Source of the DNA: Octopus vulgaris
Lineage: Eukaryota
Reading direction: 5' to 3'
NCBI GenBank assembly: GCA_951406725.2
Contig: OX597820.1
Coordinates: 29,698,001-29,762,000 of the forward strand
Length of the DNA stretch: 64,000 bases
Shown: positions 1 through 12,622 of the stretch, piece by piece
Numbering within the stretch: the first letter of the stretch is position 1
How the letters are laid out: each line of letters begins with the position of its first letter
Position numbers and translations under genes: made by a program
Notes under the pieces: model-generated
The model's database searches: none
Seen by the model: only the letters and a program-made list of their open reading frames with translations
What the model was told of the DNA's origin: nothing

Positions 1-264
1 CTTTGGATGGTATCTCAGGCGGGATCAGCCATAATAGAACACAAGTTAGTATTCTTTGTAAAGTAATGAATTTGCTACCCCCAGTCTCTTGACTTCAAGT
101 GTTAGCGAAGTCGACTCAATTTATTATAGTCATATAAAAGGCGGCGATTTGGGAAAATTCTTTTAAACGTCAGAAAAATGCATTGAGTTTATTTGTCCTG
201 GCCGTTTATGTTCTAGTTCAATCCCCGCAGAAGTCAACTATGTCCTTCGATATACTAAGTACCA

Positions 265-608
265 TACATTTTTATATTAGAGAGACGAGGAATTATGTAC
301 ATTATTTACATTATTTATAATTGACAGATATTCGTCCTCAAATTGTATGTTGTTATATGGCGTAGTGGTTAAGAGCGCGGGCAACTAACCCCAAGATTTC
401 GAGTTCGATTCCAGGCAGTGACCTGAATAATAATAATGATGATGATGATAATAACAACAACAACAACATCGAAAAATACCTTAGGAATGAGAGCCCAGGT
501 TCGAAATTTCCCCCAAGACACCTGATGAAGGCTGGAGGGTATATCAGCCAAAATATTGTGTTAACAATAAACAAGATGAGGAAGAATATCCGTCAATTGT
601 AAATAATG
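265..608 (+). mobile_element. tRNA-headed, HHR-containing short element with inverted 3'-end copy (copy 1)
   Basis: A box TGGCGTAGTGG (358-368), B box GAGTTCGATTCC (401-412), degenerate HHR at 518-561. 265-354 is an inverted copy of the 3' end. TSD TATACTAAGTACCA at 251-264 and 609-622. Inserted inside a SINE. Confidence 0.8.
518..561 (+). ncRNA. Degenerate hammerhead motif
   Basis: ACAC-CTGATGA-A-GGCTG...CAGCC-AAAA-TA-TT-GTGT. GAAACG has decayed to AAAATA, consistent with CpG-type mutations. Confidence 0.6.
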
Positions 609-1075
609 TATACTAAGTACCAGTTGTACACAGGGATTGATGTAATCGAATAGTCTCCTACCTCAAAATTTCAAACCTTGTGCCTATAGTAGAAAGGATC
701 AGTATCCTTATGAAGATAACGAACACACAAGACAAAATGTTTAACGACATCTCATCTGATTTTACATTCTGAATTCAAATACCGCCGAGGTCAGCTTTGT
801 TTTTCATTCTTTCCGGATCGATAAAATAAATACCAGTCGAGTACTGATGTCGAGGCAATCGACTAGCCTCTTCTCACCAAATTTCAGGCCTTGTGCTTAT
901 AGAAGAAAAAAACGTATTATTGGCCTTATAAAGAGGTGGTGAATTGGCAGAATCGTTAGCACGCCGGACAAAATGCTTAGCGGCATTGCTTCTGGGTTTA
1001 TGTTCTGAGTTCAAATGCAGCAAAGGTCAACTTAGCCTTTCATCTTTTCGGTGTCGATAAAATAAGTACCAGTTT

Positions 1076-1717
1076 CATGGATAGCTGTCCGCTGTTAAGA
1101 AACTATTCTCACGTCCTTGGCTGGCGTTATAGCCTTTATCGTCTCCCGATTCAGTATGGTGCAGATCGTAGAAGTGCTACGCTTGTATGCTTCGCCATAT
1201 CAACTACACGCACACCTTGGTTATGTTTTTCATTAATTTCTTTCTTTAATTCACTGCACATCATCCGCTTCTTCTTCTTACCACTGTCCTAGCACTCACT
1301 TTCTTCGGACCCATGGCTGGAAGTTTTGCAAAATAACTGCAAGCACAATTGTGAGCAGAACACTGATGCTTCTGAAGCCTGCAACGATTAAGTAAGCATT
1401 TTACCACCCGTCTAGATAACGACCCACTAACGATTTTTGCACTTGCTAACACGCAAGTCTGTCTAGCTATCGATCTACTAATGATCTTCGCACTAGCTAA
1501 CGAGCATATCTGTCTAGCTATCGAGTGAGACACGGGATGCTGGGCAGGTGTTACGTCATTCACTGTGGCGTTCGCTACGCCAACTAGTGGTGGGGTATGT
1601 GAAGCTGGCTCGTAACCTGAATTTTTGCTCGCAACTCAAAGCAAAACATCGGCCGAGTGACGGCTCGTATCTCGAAAAACTCGTCTGTCGGGACACTCGT
1701 GAGTCAAGGTATCACAA
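1076..1717 (-). mobile_element. Tigger/pogo transposon 5' end with decayed transposase start
   Basis: From the ATG at 1314: MGPKKVSA..., then frameshifted KEINEKHNQGVRVVDMA (HTH-psq-like). Terminus CTCGTGAGTCAAGGTATCAC. Internal duplication of about 51 bp at 1427-1525. Confidence 0.7.
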
Positions 1718-1760
1718 ATACACATTCGAAAACAACCTTAATTCAAAATACCAGTGTATG

Positions 1761-2398
<638 letters not shown>

Positions 2399-2573
2399 AT
2401 TAATCAGCCGAAATTGCGAGGATGATCCGGTTCTTGACTGAAGATAAAAGGGTTCGAATGACGCGTCCTTTTTTTTTGTTTTTGTATCGTCTATCTGGAT
2501 GTTTTGTTGTCCCTTTTTGTATCACCTTGTTGTCCGGATGTTTTGCGTTCTTGTCCCATTTTGTATTTTATTT

Positions 2574-2636
<63 letters not shown>

Positions 2637-4027
2637 AATTCAAGGATGAAACGGCATTAGCAGTAACATTTTATAAAAGAGAAACATTTCAAGGAGACTT
2701 AGGTTATTTTAAATGTTATTATATACATCGGTATTTTAGGCTGCAAAGTTATTTTCTCCATTAACTAAGAGAATTCAGGCACTCAAAATAGAGGTGCATT
2801 TTATATGGTCGCATATTACAACACAATTACTTACTGTTTGAATTCCAGTTTTCGTTTGACGAACATGAATTTAGTTTTTGTAGCAGTGGGAGTAGATTTT
2901 CAACAACAAAAGTAGCTCCCATTCACCTTCACTGAGAAAGCTGACACAGATAACTGTAAATAATTATTCCTCGCATTAGCACGACGACAATGACAATAAC
3001 GATGGCGATGATGGTGATGATGATGATGATGATGATAACGTGAATCGCAAACAAGAGTTTAAACAACGTCGATGAATGTCATAAGAGCAACGAGGAAAAA
3101 TCTACACGCTTGCTCGACCTATTCACACTGTAATGGCCTTTAAAATAGGAATGGGATATTAGGTATTAATACGGCTACGAATTTGGACAAGTGGTTCATA
3201 CAGCTCGTATTTTGATAAGAGTGTTCATTAGATTATGGAGATTGTGTGTAGGCCACCCACAATTCCAGATTGTTGGTTACACAGACTACAAGTTTTATCA
3301 TTTGAAACGGTCAACCTAGATAGAACTGCAGTAGTAGTGATCCGATTACTGGAAGCTAAACGCAGCGCATCCGGCACACAAAGCCTATAGTAAGTAACAA
3401 GATTAGTGAACCATAGTTAAACGGAAATTGGTAGGCGCTATTATAGATAATAAATAGCGGGTGGAGTTAAATCGGAACATTAACAGTAGTTAGTAGCATA
3501 GTTTTTTGTTTTCTTTTTTTTTTTGTTTTTTCTTTCATAGACGCAAGCGTGGCTTAGTAAGAAGTTTACTTCCCAATCACATCGTTACAGGTTCAGTCCT
3601 TGGGCAAGTGTTTTCTGCTATAGTCTCGGGCCAACCAAAGTCCTGTGAATAGATTTGATAGACGGAAACTGAAAGAAGTTCGTCGTGTGTGTGTGTGTCT
3701 TTTTTCTTATTTCTTTCCTGCTCACAAGGGGCTACACATAAAGGGGACAAACAAGGACAGGCAAACAGATTAAGTCGATTATATTGACCCCAGTGCGTAA
3801 CTGGTACTTATTTAATCGACCCCGAAAGGATGAAAGGCAAAGTCGACCTCGGCGGAATTTGAACTCAGAACGTAGCGGTAGACGAAATAACGCTAAGCAT
3901 TTCGCCCAGCGTGCTAACGTTTCTGCCAACTCACCGCCTTTAAGTGGGCAAGTGTCTTCTACTACAGTCTCGAGCCGACCAAAATCCTGTGAGTAGATTT
4001 GATAGACGGAAACTGAAAGAAGTTCGT

Positions 4028-4084
<57 letters not shown>

Positions 4085-4777
4085 CTGTCTGTGTTTTGTC
4101 CCACCACCGCTTCACAACCAGTGTTGGCTTGTTTACGTTTCCGTAAGTTAGCGTTTCATCTGAAAGCGACCGATTGAATAAATACCATGCTAAAAAGAAA
4201 ATGTACAGGAATCGATTCATTCCTCGGTCTAAAAATATTCTTCAAGGCGGTGCCCCAACTAGGCCGCAGTCAAATGACTGAAACAAATAAAATATTAAAA
4301 GATAGAACATGCACAACGGGAAACACTTGTCGTTGTTGTTAATGTTGTTGCAGTCATAGCAGAGGTGCTCAAGCATTCTATTTTTTTCTTTCTTTCTTCT
4401 TTTTAGTGGGGCTACATTATCCAATGGGTCCTTGCTTTTTAAAGATGTTACAGCAGTGGTTCTCAACAGGGATTCATATGGCCCTTGGAGGGGTCCATAT
4501 AAACTTTTGTTGTTAAAATTTATCTGCAATAAATTGGATATACTTCTACAATACTCTCTTTTACTCTCTTTTACTTGTTTCAGTCATTTGACTGCGGACA
4601 TGCTGGAGCACCGCTTTTAGTCTAGAAAATCGACCCCAGGACTTATTCTATCGTACTCTTTTTGTCGAACCGCTAAGTTACGGGGACGTAAACACACCAG
4701 CGTCGCTTGACAACCAATCCGTTGTCAAGCGATGTTGGGGGGACAAACGCAGACACACAAACACATACATACATACA

Positions 4778-4840
<63 letters not shown>

Positions 4841-5092
4841 GACGGGCTTCTTTCAGTTTCCGTCTACCAAATCCACTCACAAGGCTTTGATCGGCCCGAG
4901 GCTATATTAGAAAATACTTGCTCAAGGTGCCACGCAGTGGAACTGAACCCGGAGCCATGTTGGTAAGCAAGCTAGTTATCACGTACCTGAAGACTCTGTA
5001 CAATCACAAGCGAAACTTAAACTAGCAAGAGACTAACATAAACTAAATAATGTATGTATGCATGCATGCATGTATGTGTGTGTGTGTGTGTG

Positions 5093-5153
<61 letters not shown>

Positions 5154-5789
5154 ATGAGTCTAGCTTTATGATAGATGGCAATTTCAATATTTGATTGCGT
5201 GTTTAAATTGCTATAAAAAAACCTCGACTCCACCCTGTTTTATTACACTACCATAAATAGTTGTCAGCCAATATTTAAAATGGCAGATTTTTATCAAATG
5301 AGAATCACAAAAACGCAGTAGCAATAGTAAAGACTGAATCGAGATCTCTTTGCAGCGTGACTGTGGATGCGGGGGACGTCGTGTGAACTGATTTTGGAAA
5401 TAGGATTAAATATCGCGCCAAAATATGATCTTAGCTTCAAATCGGTGTTTTCGTTGTTGTTGTTGTTGTTGTTGTTGTTGTTGCTGTTAGTGCTGCGGGG
5501 AGAAGCGCTGGATTAACCATTAAGCAAAATGAGCGTGTACTTAGGACCTCAAGGGAAGTGGGGGGGGGGAGGCACCAAAGAAATGGCTAAAATGATATCC
5601 GAACTGGTTTATATGATCGGAAATATAATTAATATAATTTCGAAATGTTCATGGTCAATGTCCCGGGAACGAACTTTATTTAGGGGATGCAAACTCAGGT
5701 CCACATTTTTTTACAAACAAGGCCGATTTTTTCAAACACGGGTATAATAATATCTTTTATATGGAAAACCAATGCTTCAAATCATTTCA

Positions 5790-7100
5790 AAAATTTTTTT
5801 CATACTCGCTCATTTTCGCCATGAAGTTTTCCAAGAGGATGTCGAAAATGTTTTCATTGCACAAGTCTTTATGTACATGCATTACAGCACAGTGTGGAGG
5901 CGCAATGGCCCAGTGGTTAGGGCAGCGGACTCGCGGTCGTAGGATCGCGGTTTCGATTCCCAGACAGGGCGTTGTGAGTGTTTATTGAGCGAAAACACCT
6001 AAAAAGCTCCACGAGGCTCCGGCAGGGGATGGTGGTGTTCCCTGCTGTACTCTTTCACCACAACTTTCTCTCACTCTTACTTCCTGTTTCTGTGGTACCT
6101 GTATTTCAAAAGACCGGCCTTGTCACTCTCTGTGTCACGCTGAATATCCCCGAGAACTACGTTAAGGGTACACGTGTCTGTGGAGTGCTCAGCCACTTAC
6201 ACGTTAATTTCACGAGCAGGCTGTTCCGTTGATCGGATCAACCGGAACCCTCATCGTCGTAACCGACGGAGTGCTTCCACCACAGCACAGTGTGTTGGAC
6301 GGTGTTGCGTCATTGTGATACGGAGTCAGGTCTTCAAACAGTCAAAGTGTGTTGATCATTTTCTCGCTTGATGCAACAGACACAGGCTTGCAACATGACA
6401 TTTTCATCACAAAGGCCTGTCCATAGCGCTTTCAGAAGAATGGTGCACTGGTGAGCAAAGTTCAATGCATCAGTAACCATGGCAACCATAGATCCACCCT
6501 CTTGGAGGACAAGGTCCAGAGAGTGGTTTCCGCAGGGTACAAAATATGCACCATTAAACATGTCTTTTAATCTCTTTTGTATGCCTGAAATGTTTCCGCT
6601 CATGGTACATGCGCCACCAAAGGCAAAAGCAGCATATTTTTGAGCCCAGAAATGTTTAGAAGTGTATTCAGGAAGGTTATAAAAGCTGATAAAATCTTCG
6701 TGCACATCCTAGTTTTCAGAAACATAACAACAATAACTGATTATTGTTCCATGCCAGAGCAATCACATAAAACATCTATAAACATGGAATCCTCAACATT
6801 TTTTCTGACTTCATGTTGGGTGTTATGAGCATATGCCTCTAGGATTTCATTTTGTATGATATCAGATAGGAAATTAACTCTTCGTTTAAGCTGCTGACTT
6901 ATTTCTGCATCACATTCTTCGGCAAGTTCTTTTATGAGATTTACAAAATTTCCTGTGACATGTGCTAACTTTCTCTTCAAAGATGGAACTAGTAACTCCT
7001 TTCATCTATTACTAAGGATATTCCTTGATCCTTCAACAATGGAACTGCGAACTGCTATTATCTTTCACTAAGGATTTCCTTTATTCCCTGATCATGAAAA
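5790..7100 (-). pseudogene. Decayed hAT transposase (ZMYM1-like), interrupted by a SINE
   Basis: Motifs GNFVNLIKE...SDIIQNEIL, GACTMSGNISGIQKRL...PCGNHSLDL and the dimerisation-like LKT*LRITMTQHR...MHVHKD. Contains stops and frameshifts. Confidence 0.8.
5897..6281 (+). mobile_element. Full-length tRNA-derived SINE
   Basis: Head GAGGCGCAATGGCCCAGTGGTTAGG...GGTTTCGATTCC. TSD ACAGCACAGTGTG at 5884-5896 and 6282-6294. Confidence 0.85.
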
Positions 7101-7601
7101 TTCTAACCCATACTATGAGTTGTCTGCATTTAGAAGTCAGTTTGGTGATGCGGCTAAGGAAAGATGCAACATTTGTCCATGCCTATTGAGGAGGCCAAAC
7201 ATCAAATATGTGTTGAAGTATTGAATCAAAAGGATCTAACTCCTTTAATCCAATCTGTTGTCGCCACATTAATTCGATTTTTTTTAGTGGTGAGATAAGC
7301 CAATTTTTAATGGGGGTGCGATAACCAAAAAGTACCAAAGTCTGAACCAACACTGCCACTGTAGGGTATGTTTCTACTGTAAATTCGGTGGTAGTTTGGT
7401 GTCATGCTTTTCCTAGTGCATCGAGTCCCTGGAAGATGAGTAAAGGAACAGTCATACATCAGATATAATCTTTCGTGTTTCGAATAACAACAGATTTTAG
7501 GATTCCGGGTTACATGTGTAGAAGTTATTAAATGTGATTTAGTACTTGGTGGTGGTGATAGTGGTGGTATAAGATATGTGGTTTTGAGCTGGTTGGTATT
7601 A

Positions 7602-7742
7602 TTAGGTTGTCCCAAAAGTTCGTAAACACTTGCGAAAATTGAATTTTTACTTGCCAAGTACTAACAAAAACAACAAAAATTATTCCTCAAAATAAAGACC
7701 ATTATTTTCCAAGACTTTCTACGAACTTTTGGGACAACCTTA
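7602..7742. mobile_element. Tc1/mariner MITE
   Basis: TIRs AGGTTGTCCCAAAAGTTCGTA and TACGAACTTTTGGGACAACCT, with TA flanks. Confidence 0.8.
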
Positions 7743-8098
7743 TATTTGTACGAATTGTGCATCTTGTCCTAGGTAAATGGGTGAAGTTACAGTCACTGCT
7801 TATGCATAATCTCTCGCTTTGAGAATAGCGGCATGTTTTTGGATTCCGTGTGTGTTCATAATTTTATTTCATTTACAGTTGGCACATTTATCACGGAGCT
7901 GTCAGGTATGCAATCTGATTAAGGTGGACAGTGGGGATAGAAAGGAGTGATTCTTCACTAATTGGAATAGTAGTAGTAGTAGTAGTAATGGCAGTAATAG
8001 TAGAATAGGACGATAATGGTGATGATAGATCTCTCGTGTTATCCTCAGAAGAATTTTAGAGGCTTGACTGTGGAGAAAAGCTAGGGAATGTGTTTGTT

Positions 8099-8525
8099 GT
8101 TTAATAGGTCATCAATTGTTCCAGTATTGAAGAGTGTCTTCCAATGCGGATCTTGTTGTTGTTGCTATTGTTTAGTTGTGTGTGATAAGAGTAGTAGCAG
8201 TAGAACATAATGACAACGATGATGAAGGGTCACTTGTGGCATTCCGACAAAATGAGGAAGTGGATAACTGAACTGTGAAGGGCTCTTGATTGTGGAGTTT
8301 AATAGGTCATCAATTGTTCCAGTATTGAAGAGTGACTTCCAGGGTTGATCTTGTTGTTGTTGTTGCTATTGTTTAGTTGTGGTAAGGATAGTAGCAGTAG
8401 AACATTATGACTATGAGGATGAAGAGTCACGTGTGACATTCCGAGAAAATGAGGAAGAATATAACTGAACTGTGAAGGGCTCGTGATTGTGGAGTTAAAT
8501 AGTTCATCAATTGTGCTAGTATATA
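8099..8525. repeat. Tandem duplication, unit of about 199 bp (2 copies plus a partial third)
   Basis: TTTAATAGGTCATCAATTGTTCCAGTATTGAAGAGTG recurs at about 8100 and 8298, with a partial copy at about 8496. Confidence 0.85.
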
Positions 8526-8894
8526 ATTTGTTATGATTGGTATTCGTATTGTTGTCGTTGATATTAGTAGTGGTGGCGGTGGTGGTGTGGTGGTGGTGGT
8601 TGGTGGACAATAACAAGAAAAACTTGTTGAAGAGATGAACGCCGGACATCACTCTCTTTTTGATTTACATTTAGGGTTTATTTTCCACAAAAATAAATAA
8701 GATAAAAAAGCAGACAAACAAACTGGCAAACAAGTAAATAAGTAAAATAAAAATAAGAAGCTTACTTCCCTACCACATGGTTCCAGGTTCAGTCCCACAG
8801 CTAGGTACCTTGGGCAGGTATCTTCTACTATAACCATGGGCCGACCAAAGCTTGTGAGTGGATTTGGTAGACGGATACTGAAAGAAGCCCGTCG

Positions 8895-8925
<31 letters not shown>

Positions 8926-8977
8926 ATCTCTTAGAGATATTTTAGAACTAGCATTATATGTATGTGTGTGTATGCGC

Positions 8978-9012
<35 letters not shown>

Positions 9013-9016
<4 letters not shown>

Positions 9017-9463
9017 TGTATAAAAGTAAGATCCAGGGAGCGAGGTGTTGGAAGAAAGTTAGCTTCGAGCAATCTGTAGTAAATAAAAAAAAAAAGACCC
9101 AAATTTCAGGAACAATAGTTGTTTATTGAGACGGAAGGTTGCAGATTATAAATTCTTTTATATTTCACGGTAAGCAATCAGAGTTGCCGTGTGTTCGAAA
9201 AAGAATACAAGAGTTACGGAATGGAGTAGGAAAGATCCGGGCTACATGTTTCATAGCGAGTGACACATTCTAATTGAATCTTCTTTTGCGTCAACATGTA
9301 CCTTCTTGCGACAATGTAACCTTTAATCTAATGAAGATATCCTTGGCCTGAAGAGTAGCCGGCGGTATACACCTCACTTGGATTTTATCACTTCTGAGGT
9401 TCCACTCGCTATGAAACATATGTAGCCCGGATTTTTCCTACTCCAACCTGTAACTCTTGTGTA

Positions 9464-9467
<4 letters not shown>
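9013..9467 (+). mobile_element. Inverted HHR element next to (TA)n
   Basis: Inverted arms at about 9207-9262 and 9403-9460, with an HHR at 9345-9427. The left boundary is approximate. Confidence 0.7.
9345..9427 (+). ncRNA. Hammerhead motif with extended stem II
   Basis: GGC-CTGAAGA-GTAGC...(CCTCA/TGAGG)...GCTAT-GAAA-CATATG-TA-GCC. Confidence 0.78.
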
Positions 9468-9534
<67 letters not shown>

Positions 9535-9621
9535 AAGGGTGAAAAGGAACACACGAGTTGATATATATGAAAAAACAAGTCAAAAATAGAAAATGCTAAA
9601 ATAATTTTATAGTGAACATTT

Positions 9622-9659
9622 CAGTACCGGTTTCGGTCATTTTGAGACCTTTTCAACTG
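9622..9659 (-). ncRNA. Hammerhead motif, inverted pLTR copy
   Basis: Exact reverse complement of 11475-11512. Confidence 0.8.
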
Positions 9660-9973
9660 TAACGATTAAATAATTAAATTTAGAAAAATTAGAAGAAAAG
9701 TTTTTTTAAAGGAATATTTCTATAGTAGTGTTCAGATATAAGTGGCATTCTGCCTTTCTCTGACTCCCTTGTTTGCACTTGTGTGTTCGAGGTCGTTGTG
9801 AGTTCTTGGTAGGGTAGTAGAGGAAGAGGGCTGGTGAGGAAAGGGGGTGGGAGAATCTGGGAGTGCCCTGATGGTCGTATTTTGAATGGTCAGTGGCGGC
9901 TGGCAGTCTCAGTTCAATTCAGGAGAATATTTATATTGACAGGCTTGTTTATAGAATTAGCGTAGGTGTTATA

Positions 9974-10750
9974 GTCTCTAACGCAAACACCAGAGACACA
10001 CGACTACAAGAACTAAAAGATACCCTAATCACCAGGAACTATCCACCTTCACTTATTGACAAGTGCATTCAACGTGCCCTTCAACTTAACATCAAGGAAC
10101 TGAGACATCCCAAATCCAAGAAAAACTTACAACCAAAAGCCTTACCATACATCTCCACACACAACCCTCTCAATAACGAAGCCTTCGACACCATCCTCCA
10201 CAACATACCCCTCCTAAAAAAAGACCACAGAATGAACACAATCCTCCAAACACACACGATCATAAAAAGCAAAAGACAGCCTAGATCCATGAAAAGTCTC
10301 CTTACACAAGCCCGAATTCACTCTTCAACACAGAAGCCGACAGTAAAAAAATGTGGAAGACCCATATGCGACTATCTTATTGAGGGATCAGAGTTCTCCT
10401 TCAAACAGGGACAACGGTTTACAGTGAAAAGCAACTTCACATGTGCTTCGGAGAACCTAATATACTCACTAACCTGCTCCGGGTGTCAAGAGCAGTACAT
10501 AGGCCAAACAAAAAATGGTTTGCGTAAACGAATGGCCCTGCACAGATCCCAGATAAAAATTCCCCAAAACAGAAAAATAGCTTTTAGCCAACACATAGAT
10601 ACTTGCGCCAACAAAAAAACACCAAACTTCAGAATTTTCCCCCTCTACCAATTTAGGGACGATACAACCTCGAGACAACGAATAAGTAAAGAAAATCTCT
10701 TTATTACAAAATACAAGCCACTTCTTAACGGGTCTACGACAAACAATTAA
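9974..10750 (+). pseudogene. PLE ORF 3' part: RT C-terminal region, Cys linker and GIY-YIG endonuclease
   Basis: RNYP...LPYISTHNP, linker KKCGRPICDY, and NLIYSLTCSGCQEQYIGQTKNGLRKRMALHRSQI...KENLFITKYKPLLN. The first ~27 aa of the listed ORF (from 9893) are read from the inverted pLTR. Confidence 0.9.
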
Positions 10751-10874
10751 TATACCTCAACTTTAGAATAAAAGAAAAATATATATACACACACAAATAT
10801 TACACTCCATAGAATCCATTACTAATCAGCCCCTTCATAGCTATATTTACACCCATTCATATTCTCCCTTCTCT

Positions 10875-10883
10875 GTTTTTTTT

Positions 10884-10918
<35 letters not shown>

Positions 10919-11122
10919 ATCATCATCATTATCATCATCATCGTCGTCATCATCATCACCACCATCATCACCACCATCTTCTCCTTCTCCTCCTTCTTCT
11001 TCTTCTTCTTCTTCTTCATCATCATCATTATCATCATCATCGTCGTCATAATCATCACCACCACCACCATCATCGTCATCTTCTCCTTCTCCTTCTCCTT
11101 CTCCTTCTTCTTCTACTTCTCC
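10875..11122. repeat. Compound (CTT)n/(CAT)n/(CAC)n repeat inside the PLE 3' region
   Basis: Triplet runs, with a duplicated block of about 100 bp. Confidence 0.85.
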
Positions 11123-11474
11123 ACCCCCTACCCCTTAACTTTGTCACTAATGTTTTTTAGTATAACACCTACGCTAATTCTATAAACAAGCCTGTCAATA
11201 TAAATATTCTCCTGAATTGAACTGAGACTGCCAGCCGCCACTGACCATTCAAAATACGACCATCAGGGCACTCCCAGATTCTCCCACCCCCTTTCCTCAC
11301 CAGCCCTCTTCCTCTACTACCCTACCAAGAACTCACAACGACCTCGAACACACAAGTGCAAACAAGGGAGTCAGAGAAAGGCAGAATGCCACTTATATCT
11401 GAACACTACTATAGAAATATTCCTTTAAAAAAACTTTTCTTCTAATTTTTCTAAATTTAATTATTTAATCATTA

Positions 11475-11512
11475 CAGTTGAAAAGGTCTCAAAATGACCG
11501 AAACCGGTACTG
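11475..11512 (+). ncRNA. Minimal hammerhead ribozyme motif in PLE pLTR (U3-A8 core variant)
   Basis: CAG-TTGAAAA-GGTC(TCAAAAT)GACC-GAAA-CCGG-TA-CTG. Stem I CAG/CTG, stem II GGTC/GACC, palindromic stem III, GUA cleavage triplet. Confidence 0.8.
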
Positions 11513-11561
11513 AAATGTTCACTATAAAATTATTTTAGCATTTTCTATTTTTGACTTGTTT

Positions 11562-11659
<98 letters not shown>

Positions 11660-11670
11660 ATAAAACGGTA

Positions 11671-11705
<35 letters not shown>

Positions 11706-11707
<2 letters not shown>

Positions 11708-12103
11708 CGCAGGAATGGGTGTGTGGTAAGTAGCTTGCTAACCAACCACATGGTTCCGGGTTCAGTCCCACTGCGTGGCATTTTGGGCAAGTGTCTTCTG
11801 CTATAGCCCCGGGCCGACCAATGCCTTGTGAGTGGATTTGGTAGACGGAAACTGAAAGAAGCCTGTCGTATATATATATATATGTATGTGTGTGTTTGTG
11901 TGTCTGTGTTTGTCCCCCTAGCATTGCTTGACAACCGATGCTGGTGTGTTTACGTCGCCGTCACTTAGCGGTTCGGCAAAAGAGACCGATAGAATAAGTA
12001 CTGGGCTTACGAAGAATAAGTCCCGGGGTCGATTTGCTCGACTAAAGGCGGTACTCCAGCATGGCCGCAGTCAAATGACTGAAACAAGTAAAAGAGTAAA
12101 AGA

Positions 12104-12105
<2 letters not shown>
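11706..12105 (+). mobile_element. SINE family B with internal (TA)(TG) microsatellite, full length
   Basis: GGCGCAGGAATGGGTGTGTGGTAAG...CCGGGTTCAGTCCC head and CAGTCAAATGACTG stem-loop with AGTAAAAG tail. Other copies at 3540-4300, 4550-4985(-), 24260-24695, 32790-33160, 48175-48570(-) and 56220-57200(-). Confidence 0.85.
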
Positions 12106-12149
<44 letters not shown>

Positions 12150-12585
12150 ATACACACATACATACATACACACACACATGCACGCACGCACATAATACAC
12201 TCCCACACTCATACGCACATACACACACCCATCCCCGCACTCACTCAACGTGCATACCTCCCCACACGCACACACAAACACACACATCCTAATACAGAGG
12301 AGAGACAGACCGACAGACAGACAGAGTGGGGGACACACACGCACCCATACACATGTCCACACACACATACACACAGTTACCACCACATGTACACACGTAC
12401 TCCAGTTACTGCCACGCACATACGCTACTATGCACGCACATGCTATCACAAACACACATACGCGCAGATACCAACTATTCTTCACACTCGCCTCTCCCGA
12501 AAAGCCCTTTCTCTTAGTCCATCTGCTTCCGGTCATTCCAAAATGTAACTACACGTGGACTGCATTTGGGCTTTCCTGTATCCCC

Positions 12586-12622
12586 TGTTCCTGAAGAAGA
12601 GCCTTGCTCGAAATGTAAAACA
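12586..12622 (+). ncRNA. Hammerhead motif, slightly decayed, in a short element ending near 12725
   Basis: TGTTC-CTGAAGA-A-GAGC(CTT)GCTC-GAAA-TG-TA-AAACA. The downstream CCTGAGCGTC...GTCCTCGCGTTGTTG is shared with the element at 17188-17375. Confidence 0.68.

Larger units (their letters stand above)
9531..11567 (+). mobile_element. 5'-truncated Penelope-like retroelement (probably Neptune-like) with inverted pseudo-LTR
   Basis: Contains a GIY-YIG ORF remnant. About 9565-9973 is the near-perfect reverse complement of 11161-11570. Both arms carry an HHR. (TA)n lies on both sides. Confidence 0.9.

Noticed and set aside
356-423. tRNA genes at the tRNA-like heads (also 5897, 62509 and others)
   Set aside because: The cloverleaves are imperfect and embedded in repeated TSD-flanked elements. 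They are SINE heads, not tRNA genes.
4985-5030. CTGAAGA...GAAAC hammerhead-like string
   Set aside because: Stem II is weak, and there is no stem III, cleavage triplet or stem I pairing.
9893-9973. N-terminus of the 285-aa ORF
   Set aside because: It is read from the antisense pLTR across the inversion junction and is not a real start.
11928-12594. Long ORFs rich in HT/YI/CV dipeptides, here and throughout the window
   Set aside because: They are translations of microsatellites and SINEs with no protein-like content.
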